Shown piece by piece: positions 38,463-47,824 of a stretch of 64,000 nucleotides of DNA. The DNA comes from Fibrobacteria bacterium. GTDB taxonomy: Bacteria; Fibrobacterota; Fibrobacteria; UBA11236. The stretch covers positions 224,001-288,000 of the forward strand of contig JAYTSD010000008.1 of the NCBI GenBank assembly GCA_043745805.1. Reading direction: 5' to 3'. The notes under the pieces were generated by a model. It searched no databases, had not been told where the DNA came from, and saw nothing but the letters and a program-made list of their open reading frames with translations. Within the stretch, counting starts at the first letter, position 1. Every line of letters starts with the position of its first letter. Made by a program: the position numbers and the translations under genes.

Positions 38463-39944
38463 ATGCTTAAGAGAAAATATTTATTAAAATCGGTTTTAGG
38501 TACGGGATTACTGATATCCTTTTTAACTAAATCCAGTTTTGCCCAATCCGCTGTAAATATTACTGGAAAAGTGGTGGACTCCACAGGTACAGGTATTCCA
38601 GGTGTTACGGTCACTTTAAAAAAGAATAACTTATCAACCACCACGGCTGCTGATGGAACGTATCACCTAACGGGAACCACTGCACTTTATGAAACACCAC
38701 AAATGCAAGTAGCGACGCCCATTTTTAAAAATCAAAACTTGGAATTCGAAATTTCTAATGATCATAGCTTAGTAAAAATCGGGATTTTTAATTTAAATGG
38801 TAAGGTTTTACAATCCATGGTGGAAAGCGAATTGAAGGCCGGTAATTATTCTCTCCGACCTACCCTTGCGGATACAAAAAATCGGGTATGCATTTTAACT
38901 ATTCAAATCGGCCAAGTGCATTATGCCTTTAAAATGTTTAATACTGAAGGTAACTTTACAGATACCCACTTGATAAACCAAAATACAAAATCAGTATTAA
39001 ATAAAATAGCCTCCACCTCCACTTCCGATTCGGTAGTGGTTATGAAAGCCGGTTTTAATACCGATGCGAAATCGGTTGAAAGCTATACTGGAGTTTATAA
39101 TTTTATGCTCATAAATCCCAATGCCTTTTGGGGGAATATAAATGCGTATCCCGTAGCCACTCAGGTAATGACTTATGTGTTTTTAAACCGTACCCATGGA
39201 GTTTATCGTGACGATCAAATTTATTGGACTTTTAATAATCAAACCAAAACCTTAGCCCAGCAATCCACCTTTGATATGCCTGCCAATTCTTCCGGCCGTG
39301 TTACCTTTCATTTAGGCGACGCCGCAAGCAAATACTGGGACTTTATGGAACATACCATTAATGCGCGAGGATGGTTTGGAAATACGACGCGTGTGGATGC
39401 TTGGGGATTACCTATTGCTATGCGCGTAATAGGTCAGGGACAAGATGAATTACTCGGCGAAAAATATGAAGTATTTTATTTGGGTCGCGCAAAATTTTTC
39501 CAAACCTTTAAGGATGCCGTTCCCACTGAATTCACCCATTGTGCAACTAATGGCGAACCCTATCGTATTATTGCCCCAGGTAAAGGCGATGGAGGCTTTG
39601 GTCCTAAGCAAGCCTTCGGTACTTATTTCGATGCCTATTTAAAACAATTGGGAATTACCACGGCCACTACGGAACAGGCTTTTAATAATTCCGGTACGCC
39701 CTTCGGTTCCGATGCTCAAATAGCCGGCGCTGTTAATCGCCATGTAGCGCATTTACCTAAAACCGATTGGAGTAACCGCGACCTTTATTATAAGCAAAGT
39801 CCCGCTAATTATTATGCAAAATTTTTGCATGATTATAGTTTCCAAGGAAAGTCTTATGGCTTCGCTTATGATGATTCGCAAGGCAATGCAGCTTATACTG
39901 AAGTAGCAAAACCCAAAACTTTAATTATCGCCATAGGATTTTAA
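38463..39944 (+). CDS. Secreted GH64-like beta-1,3-glucanase with N-terminal carboxypeptidase-regulatory-like and FlgD/CTD-like domains
   Basis: Signal peptide; ITGKVVDSTGTGIPGVTV; IFNLNGKVL..AGNY; WDFMEHT, NTTRVDAWGLP, NYYAKFLH, YGFAYDD. Confidence 0.8.
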   Translation: MLKRKYLLKSVLGTGLLISFLTKSSFAQSAVNITGKVVDSTGTGIPGVTVTLKKNNLSTTTAADGTYHLTGTTALYETPQMQVATPIFKNQNLEFEISNDHSLVKIGIFNLNGKVLQSMVESELKAGNYSLRPTLADTKNRVCILTIQIGQVHYAFKMFNTEGNFTDTHLINQNTKSVLNKIASTSTSDSVVVMKAGFNTDAKSVESYTGVYNFMLINPNAFWGNINAYPVATQVMTYVFLNRTHGVYRDDQIYWTFNNQTKTLAQQSTFDMPANSSGRVTFHLGDAASKYWDFMEHTINARGWFGNTTRVDAWGLPIAMRVIGQGQDELLGEKYEVFYLGRAKFFQTFKDAVPTEFTHCATNGEPYRIIAPGKGDGGFGPKQAFGTYFDAYLKQLGITTATTEQAFNNSGTPFGSDAQIAGAVNRHVAHLPKTDWSNRDLYYKQSPANYYAKFLHDYSFQGKSYGFAYDDSQGNAAYTEVAKPKTLIIAIGF

Positions 39945-39987
39945 AGGCAAAACTTTTATTTTGGCTAGATGTTAATAGCTTTTAGCC

Positions 39988-40425
39988 ATGAAACAAATTC
40001 TCGGTCCTTTATTTTTTGCTTCGCTTGCTTCGGTGGGCAATCTTATTTATGTCTTCGGACAAAGGAAATCTACACATTTTCATAATCCCTTTTTATTAAC
40101 CACGCTGACATTAATTTTTAGTATTGCCTTATGTATTATCGCTTATTTTTTTATGGGCACCAAGGATAGCGTAGAATTTGTAAAACAAAATTTGCTGTGG
40201 GCCGCCATTAGCGGCGGAGGATTGTTTTTGGTGTATATTGGTTTTTATTTTTTATACTCTAAATACGGCGCGTCGTATTATACACTTTATGCCGTTGTCT
40301 CGATTTTATTTACCTCAATAATTCTGGGGAATTTAATCTTAAAAGAAAAAACTAATCCGTATTATTATCTCAGTTTACTCACGGCTTGCATTTCCATTTT
40401 CTTCTTTGGACTAAGTAAGCGATAA
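39988..40425 (+). CDS. EamA/DMT-family small membrane transporter
   Basis: About 5 TM helices; GNLILKEK resembles the EamA G..L.E motif. Confidence 0.7.
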   Translation: MKQILGPLFFASLASVGNLIYVFGQRKSTHFHNPFLLTTLTLIFSIALCIIAYFFMGTKDSVEFVKQNLLWAAISGGGLFLVYIGFYFLYSKYGASYYTLYAVVSILFTSIILGNLILKEKTNPYYYLSLLTACISIFFFGLSKR

Positions 40426-41169
40426 GTTTAAAGGTTTTAAAAGCTTAATAGAATCTAATTCCCAAAGTCCTAGGCTTTTATCAGCAAAGCGATACACATT
40501 ATCATTCTCAGTACTGCCTTCATGAATTAAGCGCAACGGTTCGGGGAAATTAAACGGAGTAACAGTAAAGTTAAGCGGACGCCAATTACGCTTAATCACT
40601 TCTCTATTGATCAAAGTTAACGGCAATGTGGTGGTCAATAAATATTTTGCGCCGCATTTTTTAAAATTTTTTAAAGCTGCTAAAACTTCCTTAAGCGGAA
40701 GATGTACTAAACAATCGCGACATAAAATCATATCCACTTGCGGAAGTGTGTCTTTGGTAATATCCAACAAAACAAATTGGCGATTATTTTTTCCGCCATA
40801 TTTTAGGGTATTATTTTCAATAAGTGGGGCAACAATATCACTGCCAATATATTTTTCCAAACCCAAATCGATTTTAGAAATCCAATGTAAATCGCCACAG
40901 GGCGCATCTAGCATGGTTTTAATGCCAAATTCTTTAATCAATAAGGGGATCTCTCGACTTATGATTTTCGTTTGATCACTATCGGATCCTTGACCGGAAA
41001 GGGACTCTTTACCACCCCAACCATTGGTGAGATACATGGATGTAAAAAAATCGTAGGAAGACATTTTTTTAGTAACAAAGCGGTTACGTAGACTTAGCAA
41101 TTGGGAATATAGACTGGGAGCAAGTGTTTGCAAATGGGGTTTTATTTTTGAAAATGCTGAAATGGACAT
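40411..41169 (-). CDS. Class I SAM-dependent methyltransferase
   Basis: ESLSGQGS, MLDAPCGD, YIGSDIV, DMILCRDCLVHL. Confidence 0.82.
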   Translation of the reverse strand: MSISAFSKIKPHLQTLAPSLYSQLLSLRNRFVTKKMSSYDFFTSMYLTNGWGGKESLSGQGSDSDQTKIISREIPLLIKEFGIKTMLDAPCGDLHWISKIDLGLEKYIGSDIVAPLIENNTLKYGGKNNRQFVLLDITKDTLPQVDMILCRDCLVHLPLKEVLAALKNFKKCGAKYLLTTTLPLTLINREVIKRNWRPLNFTVTPFNFPEPLRLIHEGSTENDNVYRFADKSLGLWELDSIKLLKPLNLSLT

Positions 41170-41477
41170 TAACTTTAGCCTAAGGTTCAAATGCTGTTTA
41201 TCATAGCATTTTCATTACCTAAAAGCATTGTAATCCTAGTACAATGCTGAGATAGTTCTTTTATTCCAAAATGACATTCTTTTTAGTTTGAATTGGAAAC
41301 AGAAAATGGAGCTGGAAATTAATAAATGGTTATTTCAAAATAATATTCCAAGTCACTCTAATTTATCGGTACTAATTAGAACACTTTTCTTACCTTGAAT
41401 TTGATTCTCAAATTTTGGTGAAATTTTAAAGAAAGTTCACCTTGTCAGAATTATTTTTTAAGCATAAATTATACCTT

Positions 41478-42290
41478 ATGCATAAGATATTTTGTTTATT
41501 CGTAATATTGGTAACTTATCAAATCCATGCTGATAAAGTAATAGTTATTCTGGGCTCATCAACCGCCGCAGGCGTAGGCGCCTCCACCTATGACTCTGCC
41601 TTTGCAGGTCGGTATACGCATTATATAGCCGCTTTAAACAATGGATGGAAAGTGATTAATTTATCAGTGGGTGGATTCACAACGTATCAACTTTTACCTA
41701 CAGGAAGTGAAATTCCAACGGGACGTCCAAGCTCGGATACGGCCCATAATCTTACTAAGGCTATGACCTACCATCCCGATATACTTTTCATTTGCTTAGG
41801 CTCTAATGATTTTGCTAATAATTATTCTACTGCCGAAATAAATGCAAATTTTGACTCCCTGACAACTAGGGCCATCGCCAGTGGCATGAAGGTTTGGGTA
41901 TCAACCCCACTGCCGCGAAACACTTTGGATAGCGCCAGTCATGTAAAATTATTCACGTTGCGTGATCGCATTTTAGAAAAATACAAACCTAGAGTTTTTA
42001 ATTTTTATGATAGTCTTGGGGATGCAAGTGGAAAGTATATTCCCATTTTTAATTCAGGTGATGGTGTACATACAAATAATCACGGACATTTTTTATTGTA
42101 TCAACGTATTGTCACTAGCGATGTGCTAAACTCCACAACCGCTTTAACAAAAAATGAAATGGGTAATTTTTTGCTAAACAAGGGTTCCACTACGAAATCG
42201 AGCTATCGTTTTTCACGATATGGAGTAGTGTTATTTACTACTTTAGAAAATGGAAGAGATTTTGATTTTAAAGGAAAAAATATCCCGTAA
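41478..42290 (+). CDS. Secreted SGNH/GDSL hydrolase
   Basis: Signal peptide from ATG 41478; LGSST, SVGG, GSND, DGVH blocks; C-terminal FDFKGK. Confidence 0.87.
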   Translation: MHKIFCLFVILVTYQIHADKVIVILGSSTAAGVGASTYDSAFAGRYTHYIAALNNGWKVINLSVGGFTTYQLLPTGSEIPTGRPSSDTAHNLTKAMTYHPDILFICLGSNDFANNYSTAEINANFDSLTTRAIASGMKVWVSTPLPRNTLDSASHVKLFTLRDRILEKYKPRVFNFYDSLGDASGKYIPIFNSGDGVHTNNHGHFLLYQRIVTSDVLNSTTALTKNEMGNFLLNKGSTTKSSYRFSRYGVVLFTTLENGRDFDFKGKNIP

Positions 42291-42330
42291 CAGAGTTTTA
42301 TCTTTTCGCCTTACCGCTTAAAAATTATTT

Positions 42331-43506
42331 TCACTTATTTTTTTCATCTATTTCTAAAGCTTGTGGTTTGGCAATAATCATTGCTAAAGGTTCTTTAATA
42401 TTACCTTCGGGATAATTTTTAATTCGCTGCAGCAAAGCATCGGTTAGCTCATAACCACTTGGAACTATGAGTACGCCGGAAGGTGTTTGAATATCTTGTG
42501 CGAAACGCATACCGGTTTTAAGCAAGGATATAGGTAAATGTCTAATCTCTACTTCATTTTTTTCAGTACCCAGAATTTCGCAAAAGGCTTCGAGCAATTT
42601 AGAATCATAATTTCCATTGCGAAGATTCATGACTTTAATTTTTTCGGGTAAGCTATCATTATTTAATTCTAGTGAATCAAAGTCTGTAACAATTTTTAAT
42701 ATGCGCGATCCAATTGGAATACTTTCACCTATAAGTCCATTATCAGGATAACCCGTTCCATCGAAATTTTTTCCTTGATTCATCAGTATGCTACGCACAT
42801 CTTCTAATCGTGGAATATTTAGCAGCAGATTTTCATTAATGTCAGGAAGTCGAGCCATTCGGTTATTTTCTTCTTCATTTAAAGCTTCGCCTGCGTAAAT
42901 TTTATTGACCATTTCTTGGGGAAGCGTGAGATATCCAATATGTGAAAGCATAGCCGAAATTTCAATTTGCCATGTTGAAGCCAGGTTTATTTTAGTGGCC
43001 AACTTAACGGCGTTTTGTTTGATTCGATTGGCGCGACCAAAAGCTTGTGGATTCGCTAAAGAAAGTAATTCGGTTAGAACTTTGATGCTACCCCGTAATG
43101 TTTGTTCTAATAAAATTTTTTCGGAAACAATGAGTTGATGTTGCATTACTGCCGATTCGACAGCCTTTAATAATAAAGTTGGGGAAATGGGTTTCACTAA
43201 AAAGCGAAATATCTGACCATTATTAATTGCCGAAATAGCAGAATCTAAATCTGAATGTCCCGTCAGTAACATTCTTACAGTAAATGGTGAGCACTCTTTA
43301 ACTTTTGCCAATAAAGTGGCGCCATCCATTCCTGCCATACGCATATCTGAAATAATTACGGGAATAAATTTATTTGTTTTAAAAACTTCTAATGCAGCGA
43401 TTCCGCTGGGTGCCGTAATAACTTCATATTTCCGTCCTAGAGTTAAGGAAAGACCTTCTAATACCATGGGCTCATCATCAACACAAAGTATACGTGGTTT
43501 ACTCAT
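42331..43506 (-). CDS. Response regulator with degenerate HD-GYP-like domain
   Basis: REC motifs CVDDE, SDMRM, LTG, KP; output domain AMLSHIG, FDGTGYP, IPIGSRILKI. Confidence 0.85.
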   Translation of the reverse strand: MSKPRILCVDDEPMVLEGLSLTLGRKYEVITAPSGIAALEVFKTNKFIPVIISDMRMAGMDGATLLAKVKECSPFTVRMLLTGHSDLDSAISAINNGQIFRFLVKPISPTLLLKAVESAVMQHQLIVSEKILLEQTLRGSIKVLTELLSLANPQAFGRANRIKQNAVKLATKINLASTWQIEISAMLSHIGYLTLPQEMVNKIYAGEALNEEENNRMARLPDINENLLLNIPRLEDVRSILMNQGKNFDGTGYPDNGLIGESIPIGSRILKIVTDFDSLELNNDSLPEKIKVMNLRNGNYDSKLLEAFCEILGTEKNEVEIRHLPISLLKTGMRFAQDIQTPSGVLIVPSGYELTDALLQRIKNYPEGNIKEPLAMIIAKPQALEIDEKNK

Positions 43507-44690
43507 CGATTAAATTCCTCAAAAAATAAAGGCTTGCTCCAAAGCGTCATTTTATCGGTTAACCCCATCTTATTTACATATTCAGTATCAAGATTAACTT
43601 TGCATAATTTGGAATCCAAAGTTGAATTCAGTAAAGCTTCCGCAATATGCACTGAACCTGCGATATCAAAAGTTTCAGAACCAGATGTGGAGGGGGTATG
43701 ATGAAAGGCCACCGCATTAACTACGACTTGTGGAAGTCCCCACAAACCAAGCAGATAAGCACCAATTTCTGCATGAGTAAATCCCAACATGGATTGTTCT
43801 AATAAATAATACGGTTGTGTTGATTCCTGTTCAAGCTTGAGGAGTTCCTCAAATTCTTTAGGGTAAAAAAGTACTAATATAATAATACCAATATCATGTA
43901 GTAATCCAGCCATGCACGCTTCATCTTTTAGCTCATTGGAAGGCGCAAGTTTTTTTGCGGCTAAAGAAATTCGAAGCGAGTCCTTTTGAAAATCATTAAG
44001 ATCAAATCCCGAAACTTTATCAGCCAAATTAATCAATCGATGACTTTCAATATTGATAAGCAGAGCTTTAATCATATTTAATCCAAGATGATACGTAGCC
44101 TGTTCTAAATTAAAAACGGAGCGACTGGGATTAAAATAGGACGAATTAATAACCTTCATTAAATTCGTACTCATACTCGGATCCTGACAAATCAACTGAG
44201 CAATGGTTTTAAGATTCGGATTTGGCTTTGCAGTTTCTTCTAATAACTTTGAAAAGATAATCGGTGGAGAGGGAAGTGAATCGAGCTTACCAATGACATC
44301 CGTCAATCTTGCTGAAGGGATTAACAATTGTGAATTCCCGATTTTTAACAAAATTTCATGTAAGGATTTACTATCATAGGGTTTACTGATTACTACATGT
44401 GCTACTGAATGTGCTCTAAGCATTGCGTCTTTATCTGCATAACCAGAAAGAATAATGCGCGCCATAGAAGGATAAAGTTTTTGCACGCGTAGTAGTAATT
44501 CAGCACCATCCATGCTGGGCATTCGCATGTCGGAAATGATGATATCAAATTTTTGGGTCTGCAATAAATCCAGTGCTGACGCAGCCTCTACTACAAAAGA
44601 ACAATCCCAATAGCTACGATATTTTCGCATACTGTTTCGAAGTCCATCGAGAACTTCAATTTCATCATCGACAAAGAGCACCTTTTTCAT
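43503..44690 (-). CDS. Response regulator with HDOD domain
   Basis: REC motifs FVDDE, SDMRMP, LSG, KP; HDOD motifs LPSPP, DPSM...NSSYF, AGLLHDIG, HAEIGAYLLGLWGLP, FHH. Confidence 0.92.
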   Translation of the reverse strand: MKKVLFVDDEIEVLDGLRNSMRKYRSYWDCSFVVEAASALDLLQTQKFDIIISDMRMPSMDGAELLLRVQKLYPSMARIILSGYADKDAMLRAHSVAHVVISKPYDSKSLHEILLKIGNSQLLIPSARLTDVIGKLDSLPSPPIIFSKLLEETAKPNPNLKTIAQLICQDPSMSTNLMKVINSSYFNPSRSVFNLEQATYHLGLNMIKALLINIESHRLINLADKVSGFDLNDFQKDSLRISLAAKKLAPSNELKDEACMAGLLHDIGIIILVLFYPKEFEELLKLEQESTQPYYLLEQSMLGFTHAEIGAYLLGLWGLPQVVVNAVAFHHTPSTSGSETFDIAGSVHIAEALLNSTLDSKLCKVNLDTEYVNKMGLTDKMTLWSKPLFFEEFNR

Positions 44691-46558
44691 ACGGGATTAT
44701 TTTCCAATACAGTTGCTATTTCCTGTGATGAATAAACAGGCAAGCGAATAAAAAAAGTGGTCCCCTCACCTACAACCGATTCAAAAGTAAGTGTGCCTTC
44801 ATGTTTCATTATAATAGAACGAGCCAATGACAAACCCATACCTGTGCCTTTGCCCACAACTTTTGTGGTAAAAAATTGATCGAAAATACTATCCTTAATC
44901 TCATCGGGAATACCGCCACCCGTATCAGAAATGGAAATGACTACTTCTTCATTTTCACGAGTGGTAGAGACTTTTATTAACCCTTTTTTTCCACACTTTG
45001 CCATCATCCCTTCAATTGCATGCGAGGCATTGATCACTATATTCAAAAAAACCTGATTAAGCGTGCTGATATTACAAATCACTAATGGAATCTCTCCAGG
45101 ATAAAATTCAGCCTCGGCCACAAATTTGTATTCATTACGTGATATATTTAGCGTATTAGAAAGCGCACGATTTAAATCTTGAGGAATCATCGATTCGTTC
45201 TCGGGATGCACAAATTCTTTCATAGACCGAACAATTTTTGCAACTCTCTGCAAGCCATCAAGAGCACGCTCTAAGGCTTTAGGTACATTTTCCGCAACAT
45301 AACTCCAATCCGCCTCCTCTTCTAATTCGCCGCGTAAAGTCTGTCTTTCGATTTTTCCTAATGCTGAAAACACACTCTCAATGGACTCCTTAACAAAATG
45401 CACGCTATCACTCACAAATTGAATAGGAGTATTTATTTCATGAGCAACTCCCGCCGCTAAACGGCCAATAGATTCAAGCTTTTGTGTTTGAATTAATTCT
45501 ACTTCTAATTTTTTCTTTTCCGAAACATCAAAAAGTAATCCGCGTAAAACAAATTCCTTCGGCTTCACCTCGGAAATAGTCACAAGATTACGTACATCCC
45601 TCAAATCCCCGCTGGGAGATTTCAAACGATATTCTAATTCAAAATCAGGCAAGTTACCTGGTGCAAAGTCAAAAACCCTTTGTACGGCCAATTTATCCTC
45701 AAAATAAATATGTTCAAAGAAATCCGAATTTAACCACTCTTCAATTTGTATGTCAAAAATTTTTGCAAGTTGCGGGCCCACGTAAACAAATTTTCCCGAC
45801 TTCATGTTCATTTCCCATGGCACTGCATGACTGGTCTCAACCAAAGCCTGCATCTGTTCTCGATCTGCATTAAATTCCGCGGTACGTTGAATTATTTTTT
45901 CTTCGATTTGATCATTAAGTATTCCAAGTTCAGCCTCTCGACAAGACATTAAATGAATTTCGGAACTGCCTTTAATACAACTAAAAATTAATATTATATC
46001 TACAAACACCAACCATGCAATATGTTCGAAAAATTGCCACCACTCGGGATGAGTGATTCCATATATGGATTCTGGCCAAAACATTCCACCGATTAAATGA
46101 TCGCCAGCTGCGACAAGAGTTGCGGTCGGGAAAATACGCCAATCTCTATAAAAAGCAAGAAATGCAAGTGAGCCAAAAATATGAAAATGGGTTTCGATTC
46201 GACCGTTCATAATGTAAATGAGCAGTCCCGACCAAAGCATTTGCGCAACTGCAATAACTTGTCGAGTCCCCAACCAGCCAGGTTTTCTCCAAACTAAATA
46301 AAGCGGTAAGGCATTGAGAATTCCACCAAACACAATAGCTATTTTTACATGAATATGAATAGTTCTGACACTACCGCTCCAAATATATGGGGAAATAATT
46401 AAGGCGAGAAGGATTGCAAAAAGCCATTGCGACAACAAAATGATAACCATGGTTTTATCAACCTTAACCCAAGAGGCATGCATGTATCGCTGATAAATTT
46501 CTTCAACACTTGCTTCTTTAGATTTTTGGTTAATCGCTAGCTCATCTATATTTTGCAT
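44687..46558 (-). CDS. Membrane-bound PAS sensor histidine kinase
   Basis: N-terminal TM bundle; PAS; QKLESIGRLAAGVAHEINTP (H box), NQVFLNIVINA, DTGGGI, FFTTK, GTGMGLS. Confidence 0.93.
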   Translation of the reverse strand: MQNIDELAINQKSKEASVEEIYQRYMHASWVKVDKTMVIILLSQWLFAILLALIISPYIWSGSVRTIHIHVKIAIVFGGILNALPLYLVWRKPGWLGTRQVIAVAQMLWSGLLIYIMNGRIETHFHIFGSLAFLAFYRDWRIFPTATLVAAGDHLIGGMFWPESIYGITHPEWWQFFEHIAWLVFVDIILIFSCIKGSSEIHLMSCREAELGILNDQIEEKIIQRTAEFNADREQMQALVETSHAVPWEMNMKSGKFVYVGPQLAKIFDIQIEEWLNSDFFEHIYFEDKLAVQRVFDFAPGNLPDFELEYRLKSPSGDLRDVRNLVTISEVKPKEFVLRGLLFDVSEKKKLEVELIQTQKLESIGRLAAGVAHEINTPIQFVSDSVHFVKESIESVFSALGKIERQTLRGELEEEADWSYVAENVPKALERALDGLQRVAKIVRSMKEFVHPENESMIPQDLNRALSNTLNISRNEYKFVAEAEFYPGEIPLVICNISTLNQVFLNIVINASHAIEGMMAKCGKKGLIKVSTTRENEEVVISISDTGGGIPDEIKDSIFDQFFTTKVVGKGTGMGLSLARSIIMKHEGTLTFESVVGEGTTFFIRLPVYSSQEIATVLENNPV

Positions 46559-46775
46559 TGCGCCTCCTAAAATTTACGGTAACCCATAGAATATGCTTTC
46601 TTTTGCATTCAAAAAACTAAACAAGATTTTGCTGAGGCGTATTATCAACTGTCTTTTTTTTGTCCAAAAAATTTGCAGCGTCATAGATTGCCATTGCTAA
46701 ACCAAAGCCAACCACATATAGTTTAGAGCATGGGTCTTTAAATGTCAATAAATTAACAAAATTACGTAGAATTAA

Positions 46776-47813
46776 TCACAACAATAACATGGCATCGCCA
46801 TAACTAAAAAGCCTATACTTATTAGCAAAAGCCTCGGCATAAATAGCCTGAGCCCGAGCAGTACCTAGGCGACTGCATACTAGCATAAATAAAGTAGACT
46901 TGGGCCAATGAAAATTAGTGAGTAAGCCATCCACTACTTTCCAGCGATAACCTGGATAAATAAAATAACGTGTTTCCCCTACACCGGGTACTAAGGTATC
47001 ATTCACACCTTGCGCTTGTGTTTCTAAAACTCTTGAGGCCGTGGTGCCTACGGCGAATATCTTCTTCCCAGCCGCTTTGACTTGATTTAATAGCGCGGCA
47101 CTTTCTACCGAGAATTCAAATTGTTCTGCATGCATGGGATGTTCTTCAATGTTTTCGGTTTGAACGGGCCGAAAGGTACCAGCACTTACATGTAAGGTAA
47201 CATATACAATCCGTATGCCTTTTGCGGAAATTTTATCCAAAGCGTTTTGATTCAAATGCAAACTAGCTGTGGGAGCCGCAACTGATCCTAAATTTTTGGC
47301 AAAAACACTTTGATAATTTTCTAAATCGGTATCCTTCGCGTCTCGCTCAATATAGGGCGGCAAAGGAATTTTTCCCACGGGTTGTAGGACAGTATAAAAA
47401 TCTTCTTTTTTTACATTAAAGGCTAGTCGCCTACTTCCATCTAATAATATATCTACTACTTCCGCTTGTAAATTTTCGGAGAAAATTATTTTACTGCCTA
47501 TTTGCGCTTTTTTGCCTGGTTTTAACAACGCATCCCAAACGGCCTGTTCATTAGGCGAAGCAGCTACGGACAAAAGCAAAGCTTCCATTTTTGCACCAGA
47601 AGACAAATGTCCCAGTAAACGTGCTGGTAACACGCGCGTATCATTAAGGACTAAAGCATCGCCTGGTGATAAATAATCAATTAAATCTTCAGTATGCTTT
47701 TCTTGTATTTCGCCATGAGCCTTCACGACCAGCATTTTAGCTGTGCCACGAGGCAAGGGTTCATAGGCGATTAAATTTTCTGGAAATAAAAAATCAAATT
47801 CCGATAATAACAT
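46776..47813 (-). CDS. queA: S-adenosylmethionine:tRNA ribosyltransferase-isomerase
   Basis: LNDTRVLPARL, PLPPYIER, YQSVFA, GSVAAPTASLH, AVGTT, TNFH, YRLFSYGDAM. Confidence 0.96.
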   Translation of the reverse strand: MLLSEFDFLFPENLIAYEPLPRGTAKMLVVKAHGEIQEKHTEDLIDYLSPGDALVLNDTRVLPARLLGHLSSGAKMEALLLSVAASPNEQAVWDALLKPGKKAQIGSKIIFSENLQAEVVDILLDGSRRLAFNVKKEDFYTVLQPVGKIPLPPYIERDAKDTDLENYQSVFAKNLGSVAAPTASLHLNQNALDKISAKGIRIVYVTLHVSAGTFRPVQTENIEEHPMHAEQFEFSVESAALLNQVKAAGKKIFAVGTTASRVLETQAQGVNDTLVPGVGETRYFIYPGYRWKVVDGLLTNFHWPKSTLFMLVCSRLGTARAQAIYAEAFANKYRLFSYGDAMLLL

Positions 47814-47824
47814 AGACCGGAAAA

